Shown here: piece by piece, positions 27,201 to 36,200 of the stretch
How the letters are laid out: each line of letters starts with the position of its first letter
Numbering within the stretch: position 1 is the stretch's first letter
Assembly (NCBI GenBank): GCA_051294905.1
Contig: CM119378.1
Location: 1,984,001-2,048,000, forward strand
Direction: 5' to 3'
DNA: 64,000 nt
Origin: Botryllus schlosseri
Taxonomy: Eukaryota
Program-made: the position numbers and the translations under genes
Notes under the pieces: generated by a model
Told to the model about the DNA's origin: nothing
Seen by the model: only the letters and a program-made list of their open reading frames with translations
Databases searched by the model: none

Positions 27201-30200
27201 TTGTAATTCGTGCACGATACGGTGCCGTTCATGGGAGCGAGAGAAGTCGACACTCTGCACCGCGTCACTGTCACAAAAGATAATCGTGTGCTGATATCAT
27301 GAACTGCAGTTAGTCTGTTACTTCGACAGTGGAAGTCGAATCAAAATATCAACAAATAAACGTAGCGTTGACGAGAACAAAAGCATGGTTTCGTCATACT
27401 GCATGCATTGTGTAGTTCGTGATACTATACAGGTCTTGTGGTTCTCATTATAATAACTAGAGCCCGACCGATTATCGGCTCGCCGATAATATCGAGTCGA
27501 TATCACACTTGGAAAGAAATATCGGTATCGGCCACTGGAGGTAAAAAAATATCGGCCATTTTCGTGACGTCACAACATGGTCGTAAGGAGTCAGAGAAGA
27601 CGCAAAGTCTTCACTGAATGTCAGTAAATTATAAAGATAAATGGCCAAGGTGCAATGCACACAGGCCCGTAGCCCTACGTGAAAAATATAATTTCACCGT
27701 TATGCCCCAGTGACTTCAGTGGGAATCCCCCTGCGGTGATCGAACACCAGAGACAGAGAGCAGACATCGAGTGAATAGAAAGTTATATGCAGAAGATTTC
27801 AATCGATTCATTTGAGAAATGAAAACTTCATTCAAGCTGGACTGACCGTCGTGATGACAGAGAAAAAGGTCGCGTGTAAAGCGAAAAATACCAGTAATGT
27901 ATGGAGTATTGGAGTCATCTGACTGACAGGCATCCGTGATAAGGAATATGCGGGCATAGAGTGCAAGAAAATCAAGCAAAAAGAGCCAATAATTCATACG
28001 AATATTTTTGATTCCATAATGACATGGGCCAATTCTGACAGTGTGTAAAAGATTGATCAGCTGATTGTTGAAATGCTGGTCATAGTCAAGGGGATGGGTG
28101 GAGCTGACGTGAACAATTTGAGTTGTTTTGCACATTCTCTTCAGCTGTTAATGATGTTCTGAAGGCTCCAGGTGCACTGCCAGAAGAATATCAATATTTG
28201 GTGGAACCAATGAAGAAAAGATCCCCCGCTGTCGTGGAATCAAAATAAACAAAGATTCCCAGTTCTTGCTGCGCTACCAACTACGGTACCAAGGGAAAGA
28301 CTGTTCACTGTGTTTAGTACCGTATAGCCTTCATCATTTATGAATACCATACAAGTTCACTCCCTGGAGAAAACGCAGAGAAATTATGCTTCGTGAATTG
28401 TAATCTGCAACTGCTAGACTGGTGCTACTGATATATTTTTATTGCCCCCCAGATCATTCATTTCATGTTAAGTATAGCAATGGCTGTAAACATGTTCAAT
28501 TAAATACTCTTGAGGTGTTGAATATGCGCCTTGAGCTAGATTCCATATCTTTTGAATATCGGCTGAATATATCGGGGTTATCGGTGAAGGTACTGGATAT
28601 CGGTTTTATCGGTATCGGCTCAAAAATCCAATATCGGTCGGGCTCTAATAATAACCCCTTCACGATACCCCTGAAGAAATATAATTTCAATATACAATTG
28701 AATACTATATACATAGTGAAATGAACCCGAATATTTTCGGTTGACACTCGTCAGGGGTGGCTTATCGTCGGCAACTAGTAGAGAATCGGAAAGAACTTTG
28801 TATATCAACAGTCGTAACACGAAATATCACACCACCAGCATGGCAATTCAAATCATCAATGCGAACAGAATGGCTTAAGCTCAATTCACTGTTTTAGATT
28901 ATACATGAACTCCTCTGGGCTCCTCCTCGCCGTAGCATCCGTGTAAGCGGTGCATTATAAAAACCTAGAAGTGGGCCGTGCGACAATTCAGCAGCTACGG
29001 AATAACAATGAGGAACATTGGCCTGGTGTAAATGACCTGACCATAGCAGTCGACATACACCATGCAGATTACAAACAAACAATACATGAACTCCTTCTGT
29101 CGACACAAACTCCTTTGCGGATTTCGATAAAAGGTTATTTCGATTTCAATATATTATTCAATAGTTTATTGAAATAAAAGGATAACGATATCGCAAAGGT
29201 TTGAAAATCTTTAAATTGTTTCGAGCGATAGTACAATGTTACAGTACTGTGATACTTGATACTGATAGTATTCAAATCGGTACCCCCTCCAATTTGCTAG
29301 GATATATATGTCAGACTATTTGTAATGAATATATTTCACGTATTGTAATAGGCAATCGAGTATTTGATCATCGATATTAACCCGATCGAAACGGCACACT
29401 CATTAATGATTACTGAGCGTATTTTCACGAACACGCTTTACTTAATCCAAAATTTCCTGGGTTGTTCTGGTCGTAGACAATTACAACTATTACAGATGGA
29501 TAGCTATTATCAATACGCATACGTCGAGCCATAAATAACATCTTATACTATCGAATAGCCTGTTCAAAATGCAGATTGAATACATAAAAACGTTTTGCGC
29601 AAAATACAATTCGCCACGACGTTCGCGTGAATGTGCGCGCGTGAGATAAACCAGCGCCCGTGACCTAAATCAGCGCATCTCCGAGACATCAAATTCATTT
29701 GCAGATCTTTTCTCCTAACATGTGCTGGTTATGCCCATTGCCCATCTATTGGAATACTTATAATCAAAAATTAGTCGCACAGAAGATTCTTCGAACTGGA
29801 AGTAAAATTATGTTACGAAATAACATGCGCGGGTTTTAGCAATGTATTTTCTGTTGCTGTTGAAGATTACGCATATTGAATATTTTTGCTATTCATACTA
29901 ATACACCAATACTGCCATGATGTTCTTCAGCGAGCTACAAGATCTCCGCTATTGATATGACAGCAAATTTATGTCCGTAAATGGCTTCACTTCTGGTGGA
30001 AATGTTTCACGTCTTTCCCGTAGTAGCGAATAAAAAGAAATGCACCGGCACATCAATGCTCCGGTCGCGATTCTGGTATTGAAAAGTATTTTCGTGTCTG
30101 CTCGAGATTTCCGTCCACAACGCGCAGGTCATTTATGAAAATTTGACGACCAGCAAAGCCAGGCATCAAATCCCGGTTCCATCTAATCAATGCACTTTCT

Positions 30201-33200
30201 TGATTCAAAGTATTTTATTCGTCCATGATTCACGAGAGAGGCAAGAAAATTCGGCGTAACTCTGTCAAAGCAGTTGACCTATTATCATTGCAGTGTGGGC
30301 AACGAATATAATTGCAATAACTTCAGTTGCCAATGCTATAATGGTTTCTTACGTTTTTCCATGTGTTGGTGCTAGATGTGCTGGTTTGTTATTATTTCGA
30401 TTTGCTATTGCATTACACACGTGGTGCATTATTTCATGATATATTGCGCCATGCAATAAATTCTTTTACAAAAATATGGTTGAATGTCGATTTTCAATTT
30501 AGCGGATCGAGGTATGTAGAGTCTGCGGTCACGAACGCACTTCGAAACTGATTGCTGCGATGCGCGTGTTGTACAACAGCAATGTTAGTTTCAACACATG
30601 GCACTAACTCGTACAAAGGATAGACAAGCGATTACATATACCGACGTAGTGAAATGAATCATTTGAACGTCCGCGATACTATGTTATTACCCAAACAATA
30701 ACACGCGGTAATATATTTGCTGTTGTGATTAGCGCAGATTCGCTGTTACAGATTACGCATATCGATTGCTGCTTTTTATACTAATACAGCATTACCAGCA
30801 TGATATGTGCAACGAGCTACAAGATCTCCAACGCGCAATCGATATGACAGCAAAGTTATGTCCGTAAATGGCTTCACTTCTGGTGAAAATGTTTCAGATC
30901 TGGCCCATGGTAGAGAACAAAAGCAAAATATGGCTGAATGTCCAATGTCCATTGTCAAATTAGCGAATAAAATAGGTGTGTAGAGTCAGCGGTCGAGTTG
31001 TGCACTTCGAAGCTGATTGCTGCGGTGCGCATGTCGTGAACACTGGGTTTTCAAAATGCCTATTTGTTCAATAGACAGCCCTTGTCTCAAAGCGATTGTG
31101 TACATCACGATTATCGATAAAAGGCTTGCATAATATGACCTAATCTTTTTTCAAATGCCCAGTAAAATATCAGTGAAACACTGTATTTTATATTGCATGT
31201 ATGACTACCTGTCAATCCAACCACTATATATTCAGTTCTAGTTGTTGTACAAGAGCAAGGTGTGTTTCGACAAAGCACTATCTAGTACTTAGTAACTCGT
31301 ACAAAGCTAATATATACACCGGCGCGGTGAAATGAATCATTGAACGTCGTCGATACTAGAATAACTCACGGCGCGTGTATGTGCGCCGAATGCGAGACGC
31401 CTGGCATCAATCGCGCTATATCCAACTGTAGCCATCGCTATATCAGCGGTCGTTACTCTCGATTGTATTATCGTAAGAACCTCACTCAGGTCATTTTAGA
31501 ATCCTGATATCCTTGCGAAATCAGTCAGGCGATGATTCTATCCCGAGCAGGTCTTTGTATGACGTAGTCGCAAATTCAAAAATCAAATTCTCTTTTATTT
31601 TCTAAAAGTTGAGAACACTTCTTGGTATAGGGGCATCACCTGTTTCTCTCTCGCTTTGAGAGTAGCTCAGTTGGTTAGGCGGCTGTTTCACGATTACAGC
31701 GATATATTGGGTGTCGGTTCAACTCCCGTGGTTCAGATTTTATGAACATTTTACTAAATGCATTGAAATTTGGACTTGAGGCCGGCCGTTTCGATCGGGT
31801 TAAACAAATGGCAATTGATAACAGGAACGGATTCGATTTAACAGAGAGGCCTTCGTAAATTGGAGCTTTCAACGGATACATATATTTAAAACTGATGATC
31901 GGTGTTAATTCGCTCTCGCAAAGGTCGTGGTAGGCGTCTGATTCGGTTTAGATAAACCAAAACCACTTCGGCCACTGTCATAATAAATAGTTCGGTACGC
32001 GCGCGTCGCTAAATTCAAGCGCTACGCATTTTTGTAAGACGCGCCATTCTTTGAAGTCACGAGAATGATTCGCATCTTCAGAAATCGCGCGTAATCATCA
32101 CGATGGACGTTATCGCTATTTAGGCGTAGGGTGCTGACGAAATCCATGACTACTAAAGGTTCGTTGTTGTTGTTCATCATCACCTTCACAAACCACATTT
32201 ATACTCCAAGTTTGCGCAATAAAATTGACCATTGTACGGCGAAAGAACTCGGATACATTCTTGACTGATAGCGATATTTTACAACATGTAATCGATTTTG
32301 TAGCTGCATCAAGACGTCGTATATAATTAATGACAATTAACTCTATATTGCGAATGTGTTGTAGTCCTTATCTAAAGCAATCAAGTAGCGTGTGTTGTTG
32401 ATGAATTTAATTATTTTGTGGTACAAAAGACCTTCGTTGCCATAAACACCCCAACTTGAATTTATTAATTAATAACAATTATAATGATATTAATATCAAT
32501 CGGTGCGTCAGAAACACGTTTATGTATGTCTAATATAGGCAAAATATCTGATGATTCCATCACAATTATCTTCCTCGTAAAAGTTTGATATTATATGCAT
32601 TTTGCGATGTATGCATACGAAGTGGAATTACGATACGTTTTGAATGGTCCGTGGTAATATGAGCAATTGAGCATACGGTAAAACTAACATGCGACACTTC
32701 AGCAGGCGAATAAAGTTAGGGTAAGTGTTAAACCTGTAATCTTATTGGACTGATTTTAGAACAGAATGCCAATAATCTAATTCTAATGTAATTTCGAAAA
32801 TCTTTCTATGCTCTACTTTTAATTCCAATCTAATTTCTGATATTCCTGAAAATGCTACAGGAGAACTGTATAGTGCGAAACGAGCCAAGCTTGGCGTGCA
32901 AACAATTAACACTCTAGTTCTTACGAGAATGAACTCTAATTAGATACGAACCGAACTTGAAGTTTGTTGTAGTTCCTTAAAATACGGACTTTTATTCAAT
33001 TGCCAAGTTCTCAGTAATTCAGTTAATATAATCCGGCAAAGTTTTCCTACTCTGGTTGAGGTTACTCGTGGGTTAGGGTTGTTGCTATTATAGGGCTAGT
33101 TGTTTTTGTTATACAGTCACACGATCAAATGTCGCATGCCCAACTGTCGTTTTCATTCTGTCGCATAATCAAATATCGTGAACCCGTTTCCAATCTCCCA

Positions 33201-36200
33201 ATACCTGATTCAACGCAGTACGCCTTGCCCAGTTGATCAGCCAGCTCGTAAATGGCCGTTTTTCCAGGCTCTTTGTCGGTTATGTGAACGCGCGACGGAT
33301 CTCCTTGCGCGATCTTCAGGAGACGCTCTTCGATTATCTCCAGGTTATTCCGAGGATGGAATCCCACAGCGTACGTCTAAAAGAGAACGAAACAAATGGC
33401 GCGAAAAGCTAATATGAACGGCAGACTTGGACTGCTACATAATTCTAGTTGTTTAATTACACTGAATAATAGGTAATCTTACTCCAATCTAATTTATGCA
33501 ATGGAACTTCTGATTTTCCTGAAAACGCTACGGGAGAACTTTATAACGTAATAATGAAATTCTGGTTGTCCGTCCAACTCTCATTACGACACGCTGACGT
33601 TCATGCCATCAAGTTAAATAACGACCTCTATTGTGTAGTTAGTGTCTAATCACGGAACTCTAGATAAGCAGTGTTTTTGTTTCGGACTAAGCCACCAGTA
33701 GCCCGTCCAGACATCACACGGGTCGTTAATATGTATATCATAACTATGCCACGCCGTAAATAGCTCTATAACGAGTATGGAGAACAAAACTATGGAGTTA
33801 AAATCGCCAAACAAAGTATATCCAATAACAAAAACCACGTTGCTGTTATATATCGAGATGCTTAATTTTCGTTCCGTAATGTTTTCTAAATATACGTTCT
33901 CTCAGACACACAACATGGTAGTTGAGAGAAGGCAGAGAACTATACAATCAACGATTGCTAGACTGTGAATATCGATAAATTCCTTATAGCTTCAACGTTG
34001 TAGATACAGCCTTTCTGGATTTTCCACGTCCAAGTATATGGCAAGGGTTGTAACGCTGTTCGAATATATGCTTTTGAAGTTTGGTAAATGCACCTTAAGC
34101 TAGATGTTATATCTTTTGAGTATCGGCGGAATAGATCGGGGTTATCGGTGAAGGTACTAGTTATCGGCTTTATCGGTATCGTCTCAAAATCAAATTTCAG
34201 CCTGGCTTTAATCGAAACCAATATTGCGTTTCTTCAACTACAAAGCTGTACTTTGGATCGAATGTCGTAAGGTCGGGACCTAATATTATTTACGTAGCAT
34301 TTCTACTGGGAAGCTACAGTCTAATCGAAATTGGTTATTTCCTGAATTATTTTGACAGCCCGGGCGTATTTATTTATAACATACATTATATCGTCACGTT
34401 AGTCGGCGATAACTTATGATATAGTAGACAGCACAGACCGGCACTATCTGGATTTCTCCCGGCATTCTTTAATCTCGCGTGCAATGTTCTTTTGAATTCT
34501 ATACTAGTTACTGACGATTACCCCTGACGAGTGTCCGCCGAAAATATTCGGGTTTATTTCAATATTATTATATTATATTATATATGTGTGTATTGAAGTT
34601 ATTCACATTTAATGGTAACTTGAAATCTATTCGATCATTTGACTCACCGTAACTCCAGATCCCCAAAGAGAGTTGAGATGATTGTCAATGTCGTCTCTGC
34701 CCCTCCCGTCCGACATTACAATCACCACGTCCGGTGCGTCATCACGATTTCCGTTTTCCGTAGCCAAGATAACTTCGTTCACATAATTCAACGCTTTTCC
34801 AGTATGCGACCCTGTCGTAGATAAGTTTTGACATTATGATTTATATCATCTTTTGCTTTCTATGGAGCAAAAATGATTATTCATCCTGTACCATTTTTGA
34901 ATCGCAAATAACTCACACCCGTGATCAGGTCTGGACACGTTGATTGAATTACCCGAATACAAATCGAGTATTGATTGTGATGATTCGGGTTTAGTAGTGA
35001 AAAAGGATTTTTTCGACTACTGAAATTAAACCAGTACTAACATTTTCATTATCAACGTGAATTATATAGTTTCGATACTTTCCTCCCGCCACCGATTGGT
35101 CGTAACACAGCAAGACTTCTAATACTTGATGATTACTTATTCCAGCTGTCTAATTAGACTGATTATAACCAAATGCCGGAAATATAATTCTAATCTAATT
35201 TATGTCTTTCCATAAAATGCTACGGGAGAACTGTTTAGGGCGAAAGGAGCCAATAATGGCGTAGATACATTCGCCATTATCATGGTGTTGCGGATTAACT
35301 ATGATTTGATATGAAATGAACTTGTTTTTTGTTGTATTTCATTGGAATTCGGTATTTTATTCAACTTTCAAGTTTTGCGAATCCGTAATTTAAATATGGC
35401 AAAATCTGTAATTCTGTAAAATCTGTAATAACTGTAATTCTAATTTTAAAAGGCTGAAACTTTCCTATAGTTTCCCAGCTCCGATAACAGCTTCTAAAAC
35501 ATGTAAGATATAGCTCTTTAGATAGAAAAGGAGTATCTGCGAAGTCGCGATCAACCTTCAGCATTCTCAAAAAGTACAATGGAATAGGTGTGGTCACGAA
35601 TTACCAAATTACCATCAATGCGTTGTGTAACATACATATTTAAACTTTCCACATCATCCATGTGGCGTTATAATAAGTGATAATTGAATCTTAGACTCGA
35701 TTAGTACTCGATTCGGACTCAAATCCATCATGTACCTTATTACGCGCAGCATCAGTGGTTCACAGATTCATTGCATAGTCATATCATTGGAATTCAGTTT
35801 TAGCAGCGAGTTGCATTTCAACCAAACGCGCTCAGAGTCTCGAATCAATACGTATTGGAATCAAATCCAAGCGGAAGTACTCTACGTACTAACAAACAAG
35901 AATGCAACAATCGAGTATCTTTGCATTCAAATTCGATGATGGCGGTTAATTCCCGGGGAAACGTGGCTTACTTCCAACACAATCTACAACAAACCTTCCA
36001 TCGGCCGTCCTAGTTTTCTGAGAGATTTCAACAGCGCGTCTTTGTCGTCAGTGTAGTTGTTTAGGTGAACGACCTTATCTTCCGTCACTTCTCGGTTGTA
36101 CGGCACTGCCGCCACGTTGATTCCGTCCTCTGATATGTTGAGACCCCTGAAGTAAATAAACGCCTAAGAGACTTTCCGGCTACAAAAATATATATACAAT

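Noticed and set aside
367-27283. Many plus-strand and alternative-frame ORFs of 60-140 aa overlapping sushi exons
   Set aside because: They are antisense or frame shadows of real exons with no recognisable motifs.
31600-31640. Terminal exon (DAPIPRSVLNF*) closing a separate sushi-vWA gene
   Set aside because: The AG is preceded by purines with no polypyrimidine tract. It cannot be excluded without cDNA.
31658-31735. Functional tRNA gene
   Set aside because: 9-nt anticodon loop and poor acceptor stem; treated as a pseudogene or SINE head.
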